A DNA stretch of 64,000 nucleotides from Tortispora ganteri (GCA_003707115.1 PPNB01000014.1:124001-188000); one strand, 5' to 3'; counted from the first letter of the stretch, positions 25,811 through 36,924 are shown. Notes: generated by a model from the letters alone, not told the origin. A program made the numbers and translations.

Positions 25811-25894
25811 ATCTAGTAGAGCCTTCGGCTACGTCTCTACAGTACTCTTGTTGAAACATTATACTTATAACCCTCTATTTTATACTTATACGCG

Positions 25895-26356
25895 CTAAAT
25901 GTAGATCGCTGTAAGCAGAAAGGACAACAGAAAGGATATCGAAAGGCCTGGTGTTGCTGTCTGTACCCAGCTGACTATCCATTTTGGTGCAGCTGAGGCG
26001 TCGATCCGAATAAGCCCACGGCGGCCGAGCCACTGTACTGAACTAAGCGCAATTGCGGTCACAAATACTAAAATTTTAGAGAATGCACCAATCACAGCCC
26101 CTGCAAGCATTCCTGCCATTGTTCCGATGGTTAATTGGCGATAGATGCGTCTACGTTGGACTTGAGATGAAGTGAGGTCTTCGGGAGGTTCACATTTGTA
26201 GGCGGTATTTCTGATTCGCAAATTCCATGCAATTGTCGTACCTGCTGTTGCTCCAATCAGCGAAACACATCGCCAGTAACTAAAAGATTGTCTCCTAATT
26301 GAATTTGCAAAAAGCGTGTTAGAAAACAGCACAGTTCTAAGTCTGGCAGTAAACAT
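25895..26356 (-). CDS. FUN14: FUN14-family mitochondrial outer membrane protein
   Basis: Basic presequence-like N-terminus; YRQLTIGTMAGMLAGAVIGAFSKILVF...VQWLGRRGLI...ISFLLSFLL. Confidence 0.75.
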   Translation of the reverse strand: MFTARLRTVLFSNTLFANSIRRQSFSYWRCVSLIGATAGTTIAWNLRIRNTAYKCEPPEDLTSSQVQRRRIYRQLTIGTMAGMLAGAVIGAFSKILVFVTAIALSSVQWLGRRGLIRIDASAAPKWIVSWVQTATPGLSISFLLSFLLTAIYI

Positions 26357-26395
26357 TATGGTGGGGTCGGACTCTAAGTTGCTCTGTTTGGGCGC

Positions 26396-27754
26396 TTATT
26401 CCTTTTTAGGCTTTGCAGTCTCAGACGATCCTAAAATGACTCTGATAAGTCGGATTAGCAAATAAAAGAATGCAATCACAATAGTACCGACTGTAAATAC
26501 TTCAATATGCCATGCATAGCCGGGGTCCAGTGTGGGGATACCTACCGTAATTCCTGTTCCGCGCGTATCTAAGTGGTAGATAATGTGGTTCGGGAAGAAC
26601 GACATATAGAACGGTTCTGGTCGCTGAAACGCGCTTGTAGCTGTGCCTATGAGCGATTCAGGTTTTTCACATGCATAGAAGACTAGAGGCTCAGGGATTT
26701 TCGCCACAAACGATTCCTTGGTTGGAGTTTCGTACCTGGAATGCAAAGGCACCATAAACGGAGAGTCGTCGACTATTTCTTGTAGCATTACGGATCCCCA
26801 GCCTTCAATTGCATATGCAGGCATTTCCAGATCTGTTTCTCCATATAGTTCGACCAGTCCATGAAGATCGAACTGGTTACGGTCGACAAACACGTCTTTC
26901 GGTAGCGTCCACAAGGAGTACAGTTTGCATTGTCCTTCCGGAGCCTTTTTTATGTTGTATTCAATCTCGAGTTTTGGATGAAGACCAACAGGAACCTGTA
27001 TGCGTGTCGAGTACCATGATCTATCTTGAAGACGAGTACGTCCTTCTCCGAGGTCCGGCAAATCGTCATTAAGATATTTGATTGGTCCATGGGACCCAAG
27101 CATCAATTCACGCGGGAACGGCTGGCCTGCAACGAAGAGCGCTCCGTCAAAGAAATCTGTATATCTGTCTGATGTCTTGTCATCGTACGTAAACACTGCC
27201 ACTTCGAGTTGAGTATCGGGCAGTTTAGTAAACGATGTGCTGTCAGAGTGTGTGCTTTGCGACTGCACAGCAATGTTCTCTTCATCGTAAAAAAATCTGA
27301 CACCTCCTGAGACATCAAGTCCGCAATCTTCTGTGCCACTAAGAGACTTACAGAGTTTTTTGGGTGCTATTTGTGCATCTGGTTCGTAGTAGAGGAACCC
27401 ATTTTTGAAACGAATAGGTTTTTGTGTAGAATCTATAATGCCTCCTGTTAGCACTTCTAGCGACGGTACAATGGTGTTAATGGTTTCGACATAAACATAG
27501 AGACCTTTTCCCGTATGTGCAAGGTAAGGACAGTGCGATGAATTAGCAGGGAACCACTCAATTAATACTGACTCGAGACCGTGTTGGTGTACAACCTCCT
27601 TGGTCCAGGCTATGCCCTTACGTGAGACAATTGCATCTTCCCTGTATGCGTGACCAGACGGTACATGCAACGTATCACCCTCAATTTTCACTTCGCGTCC
27701 ATAGTACGCGTAATCTTCGGTATTTATAAAGAATGTATGCCTAAAATTCAACAT
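26396..27754 (-). CDS. PBN1: GPI mannosyltransferase I subunit (PIG-X/Pbn1)
   Basis: RHTFFI N-terminus, PVGLHPKL, CKLYSLWTLPKDVFVDRNQF, GETDLEMPAY...WGS, VPLHSRY, C-terminal TM helix and KxKxx ER-retrieval tail (KPKKE). Confidence 0.85.
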   Translation of the reverse strand: MLNFRHTFFINTEDYAYYGREVKIEGDTLHVPSGHAYREDAIVSRKGIAWTKEVVHQHGLESVLIEWFPANSSHCPYLAHTGKGLYVYVETINTIVPSLEVLTGGIIDSTQKPIRFKNGFLYYEPDAQIAPKKLCKSLSGTEDCGLDVSGGVRFFYDEENIAVQSQSTHSDSTSFTKLPDTQLEVAVFTYDDKTSDRYTDFFDGALFVAGQPFPRELMLGSHGPIKYLNDDLPDLGEGRTRLQDRSWYSTRIQVPVGLHPKLEIEYNIKKAPEGQCKLYSLWTLPKDVFVDRNQFDLHGLVELYGETDLEMPAYAIEGWGSVMLQEIVDDSPFMVPLHSRYETPTKESFVAKIPEPLVFYACEKPESLIGTATSAFQRPEPFYMSFFPNHIIYHLDTRGTGITVGIPTLDPGYAWHIEVFTVGTIVIAFFYLLIRLIRVILGSSETAKPKKE

Positions 27755-27920
27755 TTGTTGCAGTTTTTCTGTGTTCTAAAGGGGGAGGGGGGAGGAACAT
27801 GCGAACTGTAACAAGTAAGCCGCCGCAGATGCTGGGAGTTGCCTAATAGAGTAGTTGATAATAATACACCAAAAAAGAAAAAATCTTTAATACCATTGTT
27901 TTATTATATTCAAAGTCACT

Positions 27921-29225
27921 ATGGATTTTGAGACTCAGTCACATGAATTCATTAATTGGCTGAAATCGAATGGTTGTACCGTATCATCGAAAATTGCTCT
28001 TAAAGACCTAAGGGCTGAACAGTTCGGTAGGGCTGTAATAGCAATAGAAGACATCCAACAAGACGAAGATCTTTTCACTATACCAAGATCGTGTCTTTTA
28101 TCATTTGAAAACTCTGAATTGAGCCGTGCACTTCCAGAATTGAAAGATCAGCTTGACGACTGGCTTCTAGAGATAATTGTTATGCTCTATGAGTCCGGAA
28201 AACCCAAGTTTGCACCTTACTTCGCAGTACTGCCTGCCAGAATGGACGATTGTCCTATAATGTGGGACGCAGAAGAAACGAACACACTGCTAAAAGGTAC
28301 AGATATTTTAGATCGAATAGGCAGAGAATCTGCAGACCAGCTTTACTGGAATACAGTGCTACCTTTGATTAATGCCAACGCTGATCTGTTCAGTGGTTGT
28401 GATACATCTCTTGAAGCATTCCATAGAATGGGCTGTCTCTTACAAGCATATTCATTCGACTGTGAGCCTGCCGATATCGCTGCTGCGGAAGATAACGAAG
28501 ATGATGATGATGATGATAGCGACAGCGAATCGTTTGTGAGCGACACCGAATCCCCTACTTTTAAAGCGATGGTACCTATGGCTGATATGCTAAACGCTGA
28601 TGCAGATCTTGTTAATGCGAATTTGTTTTATGAATCAGATGCCTTAGTCATGCGTGCCATCAAGGATATCAAAAAAGATGAACAGGTCTATAACACATAT
28701 GGTGAACTCTCCAACGGAGAACTTTTAAGAAGATACGGATACGTGCACAACCAGATATGGCGTTACGATACTGTAGAACTGCCGCTAGACCTCATATATG
28801 AAACAGCTAAAGCAACTTTTCCTTTTATATCTGAAAAATCTATAGAGGCAATACAGCAGATACAAGATTTTGAAGAGATTGAATTGTTCGAGCTTGAGCA
28901 GGATGCTAATCTGCCCAAAGAACTGCAGCAACAGCTCGAAATGCTGCTCATCAACCCAGCTTTTGGAGTTTCACCAAAAGAAGCTTACAAGAAAGCTCGA
29001 AAATTAGTAAAATCTACAGAAAAGTCCGAAAACTTTCTTCGACTAGCAAAAGAAATAATCAATGCGCGTCTAGCACTATATGACGACACTGCACCGGTTT
29101 CTGAGAACGACGCCACCAAAAAGGAGAAAGATTCAAGAGTAGTACGTCACTCAGAAATCCGAATTCTAGAAAAAGCATTGTCTCAGCTCAACCACCCTGC
29201 AAAGAGAGTGCGTTTTGAGTCTTAA
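27921..29225 (+). CDS. RKM4: SET-domain ribosomal lysine methyltransferase (SETD6/Rkm4 family)
   Basis: FINWLK...GRAVIA..DI...LFTIPR, FHRMGCLLQAYSFD, acidic insert, MVPMADMLNAD, VYNTYGELSNGELLRRYGY. Confidence 0.88.
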   Translation: MDFETQSHEFINWLKSNGCTVSSKIALKDLRAEQFGRAVIAIEDIQQDEDLFTIPRSCLLSFENSELSRALPELKDQLDDWLLEIIVMLYESGKPKFAPYFAVLPARMDDCPIMWDAEETNTLLKGTDILDRIGRESADQLYWNTVLPLINANADLFSGCDTSLEAFHRMGCLLQAYSFDCEPADIAAAEDNEDDDDDDSDSESFVSDTESPTFKAMVPMADMLNADADLVNANLFYESDALVMRAIKDIKKDEQVYNTYGELSNGELLRRYGYVHNQIWRYDTVELPLDLIYETAKATFPFISEKSIEAIQQIQDFEEIELFELEQDANLPKELQQQLEMLLINPAFGVSPKEAYKKARKLVKSTEKSENFLRLAKEIINARLALYDDTAPVSENDATKKEKDSRVVRHSEIRILEKALSQLNHPAKRVRFES

Positions 29226-30535
29226 AGAGGAGCATATAGAATTTGAGTGACGTATTTTCGCGCATACCTGTTTACTGTTGCAACAGCAAGCACGTTATGT
29301 TTGATTGATGTAGTGGCAAGATGATTCAGAATAACATGGTTCGGGATCGGCAACACTGAAGAGTCCTCCTTCTCTGTAGAGTTTGTGTTGAGAATAACAG
29401 TCTCAAGATGAGGTGGCAAACCAGGAGGCGTCGGATAATCTTCTGCAATATATTTATCTGCAGCATCTGGATCCAGAAATATATCAGGGATTTCAGTGGT
29501 GTACACTTTAGGTGCTACTGCCTCGACGTCCTCGTATATCTCATAACCGTCGTCATCGTACTCACCACTGGTACCTGGCGAGTATGGATTGGAAGACCGT
29601 CTATGCATGCCAGGCGGCAGTGATTTATGACGTACCGGGAGCTGGTCGGTAGTTGAATCTGATTTCAATTGCTTAGTTGCAGAACTTTCTTCTTCTGTGC
29701 CGCCAGGAGACACCTCCGCACGATAATCAGCTGCTCCGTGGAACGAGTCGCGATTAGAGGGAAAATGGACAACGTAGGAAGGGTCTGCATCATAATAGGC
29801 CACGTCTCGAGGAGATACCTGAATGTAATTGACGAGGTTGCCCATAGAATCTGTAGCAGTAGGTAATGCGTCTGAGCAGCGAAGTTCGTTGTCAACAACG
29901 AAACGAATGCGGTGGATTCCAGGAGGTAAGTTGACTATTGTGCTGAATCCGTTGTCTGAAGCTGACAAACGGATCATTCGTCTCCATCCAGTAAATGTTC
30001 CGGTCATGTAGACTTTATGGCCCGGTTGGTTCCAATGAATCATGACAGGAATAGTCTTCTGGCCGACAGCAGGAGGTCGGCCCAAATCGAACGCATCCAC
30101 TGACGCGTTCCTGTTAGAGTCGCTATACGATTTTGGTGAATTTGGCTCAATAACTGAGCTGTTTATTTGATTTTCCCGGACATCTGCGCCCAGTTGCAAG
30201 TTCTGCATACCGAGATCTTCTTGATCGTCGTCCGCTTCGCTGGCTTCGCTAACTGCGCCAGACCTATGCGATGCGATCACCGTCGAAGAGGTTGGCGCAA
30301 CCATCGCATGGACACGACTTTCTACAGCAGTCGCCTGAGCAGCGCCTAAAGCTGTAGGTGCACGTCCGGAAGCGTCGTTTTGTATGGGCAATACAGGAAA
30401 CTGAGAACTTATAACACCTGCTGTGGCACGTATTACTTGCGCTTCAGAGCTCGCAGCTTTGTCCAGCTCTGCTCGCGCTTCAGCTGTTAGACGCTGCACA
30501 TTCTTCCTTTCTTCATGCGAGTTTGAATTCCCCAT
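29222..30535 (-). CDS. GAL83: Snf1/AMPK beta subunit (Gal83/Sip2 family)
   Basis: Myristoylation motif MGNSNS; glycogen-binding domain WNQPGHKVYMTGTFTGWR...LPPGIHRIRFVVD...TATDSMGNLVNYI; ASC domain PPGLPPHLE...PNHVILNHLATTSIKHNVLAVA...RKYVTQILY. Confidence 0.93.
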   Translation of the reverse strand: MGNSNSHEERKNVQRLTAEARAELDKAASSEAQVIRATAGVISSQFPVLPIQNDASGRAPTALGAAQATAVESRVHAMVAPTSSTVIASHRSGAVSEASEADDDQEDLGMQNLQLGADVRENQINSSVIEPNSPKSYSDSNRNASVDAFDLGRPPAVGQKTIPVMIHWNQPGHKVYMTGTFTGWRRMIRLSASDNGFSTIVNLPPGIHRIRFVVDNELRCSDALPTATDSMGNLVNYIQVSPRDVAYYDADPSYVVHFPSNRDSFHGAADYRAEVSPGGTEEESSATKQLKSDSTTDQLPVRHKSLPPGMHRRSSNPYSPGTSGEYDDDGYEIYEDVEAVAPKVYTTEIPDIFLDPDAADKYIAEDYPTPPGLPPHLETVILNTNSTEKEDSSVLPIPNHVILNHLATTSIKHNVLAVATVNRYARKYVTQILYAPL

Positions 30536-30935
30536 GATCTGCTCGTAGTTTAGCGGAAAATAGGCGTTCGCTACTTTGACAAGAAGCCTGGTTGGGTTTC
30601 GCGGCGTAGGTATTCAGCAGGGTTGAGGGTATCTTGGTGTCGTATCAGAATAACCCCGTTGCAAGTTGGCAATCAATCAGATATGCCTTACACACCTGGT
30701 TTAGATGGTCTAGATGTGTAACTATAAAACTGCAATAACTTATCGACTTATTTTCTGTGACAAAGCTGGCTTGCGTAAATGCTAATTAAAAAACGTGGCA
30801 ATAACACTTGTTGTTTTTTAAGTCAATAAGGTTCGACAGTTGTAACTGTAATTTCGACGAATGATCGAACTTTCACGATCAAGACTGTACTGCACCTAAA
30901 TCTGCCACATTAGTTGTCGAATAACGTCTTTCATA

Positions 30936-31616
30936 ATGATGAACAGGCAGTATTTGCTGGAATTTGCAAAAGAAAGTGCCGAGAATGCTTGGAATTTGGC
31001 TGCACGCATGAACTCTAAAGCTTCAAGTAGTATGTACGCGCCGCTGTGGTTCACGGTTGTACAGACTAAAGATATTCTAGCTTTTCTTGTATCTCCGTTG
31101 ACATTCTGGCTCAGATTTGCGTGGCTTATAGTGTGGACTACAAATTCTTATGCTTATCGTGTAGTTGCCGATATTATCTATCCTTTCTACATTCTGCTTG
31201 CGACCGGCGTCACATGTGGTGTCATTGCCGGTCTATGCATTTCACTGATTTGCATAATAGTCAATAACTTTGTTCGTTCTCTAAAAGGCGAAATAAAGGA
31301 AAATATTAAAGAAGAGTACAATAAAGTACTACCGCAGTTGGCCGAGGAAAGAAACGTCCAGCCCCCCTTTGCAAATGTCCCTCAGTTCGCTCGCACCGAG
31401 TTAAAGCACGCTGCTACTTCACACACAATACCGCAGAATGTGATCAAATCAGAAGAGATTTACGAAAGTGGAATAGTTTTAGCTGAATCGGAACCGAGAG
31501 TTACATTGCTCGCCACTTCACCGTCAGAGGAATCACATACATCCTCGTACTCATCAACGCTCTCCAACGAGACGAACTGTCTCTCAGAGTTCCAGCTGCG
31601 CGAAAGAAGAATGTAA
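30936..31616 (+). CDS. Hypothetical membrane protein, 226 aa
   Basis: ATG-initiated ORF with hydrophobic segments (ILAFLVSPLTFWLRFAWLIVW; FYILLATGVTCGVIAGLCISLICIIV) and a Ser-rich tail. It fills the gap between genes. Confidence 0.65.
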   Translation: MMNRQYLLEFAKESAENAWNLAARMNSKASSSMYAPLWFTVVQTKDILAFLVSPLTFWLRFAWLIVWTTNSYAYRVVADIIYPFYILLATGVTCGVIAGLCISLICIIVNNFVRSLKGEIKENIKEEYNKVLPQLAEERNVQPPFANVPQFARTELKHAATSHTIPQNVIKSEEIYESGIVLAESEPRVTLLATSPSEESHTSSYSSTLSNETNCLSEFQLRERRM

Positions 31617-31814
31617 TATTTGCTGAATAATGCTGAATACCTGCTCTATATACATACAAGCCCTGTATGGTTGATCATAGCGGACTGATTTGGTAGATTT
31701 CAGATATCAGGGTTAGGGCCGTATACCATTAGCCTTTGCCAGTGATCCAGCGACTATTACCTTCTAATTCAACATCCAAACGGCTATTTCTGTGAATACT
31801 TCGTACCTGCTGGA

Positions 31815-32531
31815 ATGGCACGTGCTGAGTTTGGTACGCCAAAATATGTGGCGAACAAGATGAAAGCTAAAGGACTGCAGCGGCTGCGGTGGTACTGTCA
31901 GGCTTGCGAGAAGCAATGTCGCGATGAAAACGGTTTTAAATGTCATGTGGCAAGCGAATCTCATATCAAAAAGATGCTGGCTATTGCTGAACGACCTAAT
32001 GAAAAAATAAACGAGTATTCGGACATGTTCAAGTCTGATTTTATTACATTACTGCGAACTACACACGGCGAGAAGCCTATAAAGGCGAATCAGTTTTACC
32101 AGGATTACATTAGAAACAAAAGTCATATTCACATGAATGCCACACGTTGGAACTCTCTTACTGAATTTATAAAGTATTTGGGTAGAGAAGGAATATGTCG
32201 TGTTGAGGCGTCAAATAACAATGGTGAGACGAATACCGCAGTTGCTGATGGGTTCACGATAGCGTGGATCGACACTTCGCCAGGTGCGCTAGAACGGAAG
32301 AAATTATTAGCAAAGGATTCCGGGAAAGCCGACGAAGAACGGTCACAAAGAGAAGTTCAACGTCAAATAGATTTAATGATCCAATCTAACGACAGTCTTA
32401 ATGAAGAGTCTGTAGACCATTCGTTAAAGTCTAAAAGTGCTCCTCTAACTATACCGTTGCCGCTACTCAAAAAGAAAGCGGTAATGAAATCTAAAATAAC
32501 TACGAATGTGTTTAAGGCAAGGAAGAACTAA
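31815..32531 (+). CDS. RTS2: KIN17/Rts2 zinc-finger protein
   Basis: TPKYVANKMKAKGLQRLRWYCQACEKQCRDENGFKCH..SESH, HIHMNATRWNSLTEF. Confidence 0.93.
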   Translation: MARAEFGTPKYVANKMKAKGLQRLRWYCQACEKQCRDENGFKCHVASESHIKKMLAIAERPNEKINEYSDMFKSDFITLLRTTHGEKPIKANQFYQDYIRNKSHIHMNATRWNSLTEFIKYLGREGICRVEASNNNGETNTAVADGFTIAWIDTSPGALERKKLLAKDSGKADEERSQREVQRQIDLMIQSNDSLNEESVDHSLKSKSAPLTIPLPLLKKKAVMKSKITTNVFKARKN

Positions 32532-32580
32532 TAATGATTTATACAAAGACTAAGGAATAGATGTAGTACAATTAGGCTTT

Positions 32581-33933
32581 TTAGTCCAGAGTCTTTTCGC
32601 GACAGTAGATGCCGTATTTAGACTTGAGTTCGGCCATGAGAGGCTCGTTGATCTCAGGGCTGTATGGTCCAAGAACACCAGGTCCTTTTATGACTCCCTT
32701 AAGGACCATTTGGACGGCTACACCGCAGGGAATACCGACAGTGCGGGCCATGGCAGAGTATCCACCAGGAATGCCGTACTCGATAAGAGTAGACGAGCGG
32801 GTCTCCTCAGATCCATCCTTGTTTTCGATCTTGAACATGTGCTGAAGAAAGACAAGATCTCTCTCGTCACCTTCAAACTGCATTTTTTCTTCCAAAGTGG
32901 CGCACAAAGTGTCGAGCAGATTGTCGCGGGGCGTGACTGCAGTCTCAGAGAACATACCGAGCCATTTCATACCGGCAAGGACGCGCTCCTTAGCTTCGTT
33001 ATCAGCGAATTTGGTCTTGGAGCTAATCGCCCATTCAAGGTTCTCGGTGGAGGTAGATTCGGCGCCGAGGGCCTTTGCGAGGACCTGATTCCAGGGAAGA
33101 CCAGGTTTGGAGCTAGAGACGTACTCCTTTTCAGAGTCGTCGAGGAATCCCAAGTCGACGAGGGCAGCGACAAATTCAGGGAAACCATCGTATCTCAGAG
33201 TACCTCTCACGACGGTGTCAGCCTCAGGAATGTGATACCATTCCTTGAAAGGAGTAGAGTCTCTGTTCGGGTAGCACACGAAATTGTAGCCCAAGTAGCC
33301 GGAGTGGTAGGGTTTTGCTGTGCCCATGAGGTCTTTACCCTCAACTTCGACAAGTTTACCGTTTTCGTAGAATTTGGCAGCGTTTCTCAAGGCCAAAAGG
33401 ACACCACGCGAAGACCAAGAGAACTTGTAGCCAAGCGGATTGTTGGAAGCTTCGGGAGCAGGGAGACCGCCGCAGTATGAAAGGAAACCCTTGATCTTGC
33501 CACCAGCTGCATGAACCTCAGAGATGGTCTTGACAGCATATAAATGATCAATACCGGGGTCCAAACCAATTTCGTTCATGACGGTAATACCAGCTTCCTT
33601 GATTTTGGGTTCGAGAGCGCGAATCGCAGGCGAGATGTAGGAAGTAGTAACAACGTGCTTCTTGCAACGAATAGCAGACTCAATCACAGTGGGATGGTGA
33701 ATATAAGGGATCAAGGAAATTACAAGGTCATTCTTAGACACTTCAGCGTCTAAAGCCTTAGGGTCTTGCGCATCAATAGCGACAGCATCGACACCTTTGA
33801 AACCGGAAGCCAATTCTTGCGCTTTGGCAAGAGTACGGCAAGCAATGGTGACGTGAATGCCAGCGTCAACAAGAACTTCAACAGCAGGTTTGGCTACAAA
33901 GCCAGAACCTAATAGCAAGACATTATACCCCAT
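32581..33933 (-). CDS. LYS9: Saccharopine dehydrogenase (NADP+, L-glutamate-forming)
   Basis: VLLLGSGFVAKP, NEIGLDPGIDHLYA, SYCGGLPAPEASNNPLGYKFSWS, YSAMARTVG. Confidence 0.97.
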   Translation of the reverse strand: MGYNVLLLGSGFVAKPAVEVLVDAGIHVTIACRTLAKAQELASGFKGVDAVAIDAQDPKALDAEVSKNDLVISLIPYIHHPTVIESAIRCKKHVVTTSYISPAIRALEPKIKEAGITVMNEIGLDPGIDHLYAVKTISEVHAAGGKIKGFLSYCGGLPAPEASNNPLGYKFSWSSRGVLLALRNAAKFYENGKLVEVEGKDLMGTAKPYHSGYLGYNFVCYPNRDSTPFKEWYHIPEADTVVRGTLRYDGFPEFVAALVDLGFLDDSEKEYVSSSKPGLPWNQVLAKALGAESTSTENLEWAISSKTKFADNEAKERVLAGMKWLGMFSETAVTPRDNLLDTLCATLEEKMQFEGDERDLVFLQHMFKIENKDGSEETRSSTLIEYGIPGGYSAMARTVGIPCGVAVQMVLKGVIKGPGVLGPYSPEINEPLMAELKSKYGIYCREKTLD

Positions 33934-34011
33934 ATTTTCGTAATACTATGAGTATGTATCTGGTATGAAAATTTCCTCTTCGAAGGTGTTGAATATTAAT
34001 AAGGTTACAGG

Positions 34012-34019
34012 CCGGGTAA
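34012..34019. promoter_or_regulatory. Reb1-like site in the LYS9/DFM1 divergent promoter
   Basis: Exact CCGGGTAA. Confidence 0.4.
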
Positions 34020-34284
34020 TTATGTAATGTTGCTAAATTGTGTGTCTGCTTTCTGAGGCAACATCCAGATACATTAGTGTTATAAAAATGCTTCCATTTA
34101 GCTCTTCAGTGAAAGTCGACTAGTTGCTTTTACAGGTCACGACAACTGCAATCTATTATAACTGGAGAGAACTGTGAAGTTGTTTTGGCTATATTAGTTG
34201 CTGAACCTTATTCTACATAAAGTTCATACTAAACTGTCGGGAATCTTCGACCACCACTGACACACATAGACCATTTAGCTAAAT

Positions 34285-35025
34285 ATGGCGAACGATATTG
34301 CAGAATTCTTCTTCCAGCAGCCTCCATTCACACGGACACTACTTTTATGCATGCTGCTGGTGATTGCTGCAGAAAAACTGAGGCTCATTTCGCTACTAGA
34401 TCTAGCGTTCTTCTACGAGCTCAATCGCGAAATATGGCGACCGTTCACGACATTTATAGCCCTAAGCGGAAGCACAATGAATAGACTAGCAGATCTGTAC
34501 ATGATATACACATACTCCAAGGGTGCAGAGACAGAAAAATTTGCCGGCAGACCTGCACGGTATGCTACCTACCTGCTGTTCATTGCTGCGATCGTGCTAC
34601 TGCTCAACTACTTCCTTGGAGGATTCTTGCTTGCATCGGCTCTAGTGGTGGCGCTGCAGTATACATGGGCACAGGATCACTTGAACACTCCTGTTTCCTT
34701 TCTTTTTGGCATCAAATTTAAAGCCGCCTACCTTCCTTTGGTCTCGCTCGCCATGAAACTGCTTGTCGAGGGCAAGGAACCCACAGAATGGGCAGCCACA
34801 GGTCTCATAGCCGCACACTTGTACCTCTTTCTAGACGAGATTTACCCGAAAGCAATTGGTTCTAGTTCGTTTGTCGTTACGCCTAAATGGCTAGAATCGC
34901 TTTTGCCGCCCACAGGCGCAGTCGGTCGCTCTACCTCTGGCTACGTGTACTCACGACCTGACCGTGATCCTCCTGCCCCGCCCAAACGCGGGTTCTCCGG
35001 ACGGGGGCATCGGTTGGGCGACTAA
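34285..35025 (+). CDS. DFM1: Derlin with C-terminal SHP box (Dfm1/Der1 family)
   Basis: PPFTRT, EIWRPFT (WR motif), YLPLV, GLIAAHLYLFL, C-terminal FSGRGHRLG Cdc48-binding SHP box. Confidence 0.85.
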   Translation: MANDIAEFFFQQPPFTRTLLLCMLLVIAAEKLRLISLLDLAFFYELNREIWRPFTTFIALSGSTMNRLADLYMIYTYSKGAETEKFAGRPARYATYLLFIAAIVLLLNYFLGGFLLASALVVALQYTWAQDHLNTPVSFLFGIKFKAAYLPLVSLAMKLLVEGKEPTEWAATGLIAAHLYLFLDEIYPKAIGSSSFVVTPKWLESLLPPTGAVGRSTSGYVYSRPDRDPPAPPKRGFSGRGHRLGD

Positions 35026-35238
35026 ATGCAGATTTCATACTGCCTACACAGCCATTTATTGTTTATTGTATTGTCTCTACTGTCGGTACTGGGCTTTTCT
35101 GTCCCTTACTACCGGTAACTTGCCTCTTGAGCCGCCAGCTGCGACAAATCCTCCCATGCGGCTCACCCAAACCTTATACTGCTTTTTTTTCCCCCTACTT
35201 TCGCTTCTGTCTGCTCTACCTGAAAAAAAGCGAAAACC

Positions 35239-36600
35239 ATGTCGGAATTTATCGCTCCTGAGAAAGGGAACGAGCCTGTCGACACATCAAAATGGCCTCT
35301 TTTGCTTAAAAACTACGACCAACTCGAAGTTCGTACTGGCCACTACACGCCTATCCCTCACGGTTGCTCTCCGTTGAAACGTGAGCTTAAAGACTATATA
35401 TCATCCGGTATCATTAACCTCGATAAACCCTCTAATCCTTCTTCGCACGAAGTCGTAGCCTGGATTAAGCGGATTTTAAGGGTCGAAAAGACTGGTCATT
35501 CCGGCACTCTCGACCCTAAAGTCACTGGCTGTCTGATTGTCTGTATCGATCGGGCTACTCGTTTGGTTAAAGCTCAGCAAGGTGCCGGCAAGGAGTACGT
35601 CTGTGTTGTCAGATTGCATGATGCTGTCGAGCACGCAGATCTAGTACGTGGTATTGAAACTCTTACTGGCGCACTTTTTCAGCGTCCGCCTTTGATTTCA
35701 GCCGTCAAGCGCCAGCTTCGTATCAGGAATGTCTACGAAAGCAAACTTTTCGAGTTCGACAAGGAACGTGGACTCGGTGTATTTTGGGCCTCTTGCGAAG
35801 CCGGTACGTACATGCGTACTCTTTGCGTTCATTTAGGTCTCCTTCTCGGCGTCGGTGGTCACATGCAAGAACTTCGTCGTGTAAGGTCTGGTGCCATGTC
35901 CGAGAATGACAACATCGTTACCCTCCACGACGTTTTGGACGCCCAATGGCTCTATGATAATACCCGCGACGAGTCTTATCTCCGTAGAGTTATTCGCCCT
36001 CTTGAATCTCTCCTGATCGGCTACAAACGCGTTGTTGTCAAGGATTCCTCCGTCAACGCTATCTGCTACGGTGCGAAGCTCATGCTTCCTGGTGTACTGC
36101 GCTACGAAAAGGGCATAGAAATTGGCGACGAATTGGTTCTTATGACCACTAAGGGCGAGGCTATAGCTCTTGGTATTGCGCAAATGACAACCGCCGACCT
36201 CGCTTCCTGCGATCACGGCGTCGTCTCTAACATCAAGCGCGTCATCATGGAAAGAGACACCTACCCACGACGCTGGGGCATGGGCCCCGTCGCAGTCGAG
36301 AAGAAAAAACTCACTGCAGATGGGAAACTTGACAAGTTCGGAAATACCACCGATGATACCCCTAAGAAATGGAAGGAGTCCTATGTAGATTTTACCAACA
36401 AAGACATGGCCCCTGAACGCGAACCCTCTGAAGGAGAGGCCAAATCAAAATCGGAACCAGCAACTAAACCAGAAGACGATTCTGTTGCTGACGTTTCGAT
36501 AGCCTCAAACGAAGGAGAAACTCCAAAGAAGAAACGCAAACACAAAGACAAAGACGAAAAGGAGAAGAAGAAGAAAAAGAAAAGCAAATCTAGCGATTAA
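35239..36600 (+). CDS. CBF5: H/ACA snoRNP pseudouridine synthase (dyskerin)
   Basis: [43 protein letters not shown] domain, lysine-rich tail. Confidence 0.97.
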   Translation: MSEFIAPEKGNEPVDTSKWPLLLKNYDQLEVRTGHYTPIPHGCSPLKRELKDYISSGIINLDKPSNPSSHEVVAWIKRILRVEKTGHSGTLDPKVTGCLIVCIDRATRLVKAQQGAGKEYVCVVRLHDAVEHADLVRGIETLTGALFQRPPLISAVKRQLRIRNVYESKLFEFDKERGLGVFWASCEAGTYMRTLCVHLGLLLGVGGHMQELRRVRSGAMSENDNIVTLHDVLDAQWLYDNTRDESYLRRVIRPLESLLIGYKRVVVKDSSVNAICYGAKLMLPGVLRYEKGIEIGDELVLMTTKGEAIALGIAQMTTADLASCDHGVVSNIKRVIMERDTYPRRWGMGPVAVEKKKLTADGKLDKFGNTTDDTPKKWKESYVDFTNKDMAPEREPSEGEAKSKSEPATKPEDDSVADVSIASNEGETPKKKRKHKDKDEKEKKKKKKSKSSD

Positions 36601-36924
36601 AGGGAACAACTTGATGGGCAAGGTTTTCCATTTATTGAAATAACTAATTTTAAGAATTAACAGAGACTATATTAGCTTATAATCTAGTTTATTGACTGAT
36701 TATGCTCATATGAACAATCTTATAGTCTTTTCTTGCTTACTCTTTACCTACAGTTCCTCTTAGTCTGTTAGATGAAAAATTTTTTTGGTGTTATAAAGAT
36801 TGTACTCTACAATTATTCTATTTATAAAAATTTCATAGTATGTGAAAATGCAAATAGTGTATGTCATAATGTTAGTTGTGCGTTATGCCGTTCTTTAATA
36901 AGTGTGGTAAGTTCTCCATCTCGT

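Noticed and set aside
17786..30535. Functional Snf1 pathway cluster (CaMKK-like kinase plus beta subunit)
   Set aside because: They are separated by six unrelated genes, so proximity is compatible with chance.
32710..33480. 256-aa antisense ORF over LYS9, and similar shadow ORFs over IVY1, SIS1, PEX3, the MFS gene and GET4
   Set aside because: Mirror frames of codon-biased real genes with no recognisable motifs.
31815..36600. CUG codon reassignment (Ser or Ala clades)
   Set aside because: CTG falls at conserved Leu positions, such as KGLQRLRW in Rts2 and GCLIVC in Cbf5, so the standard code applies.
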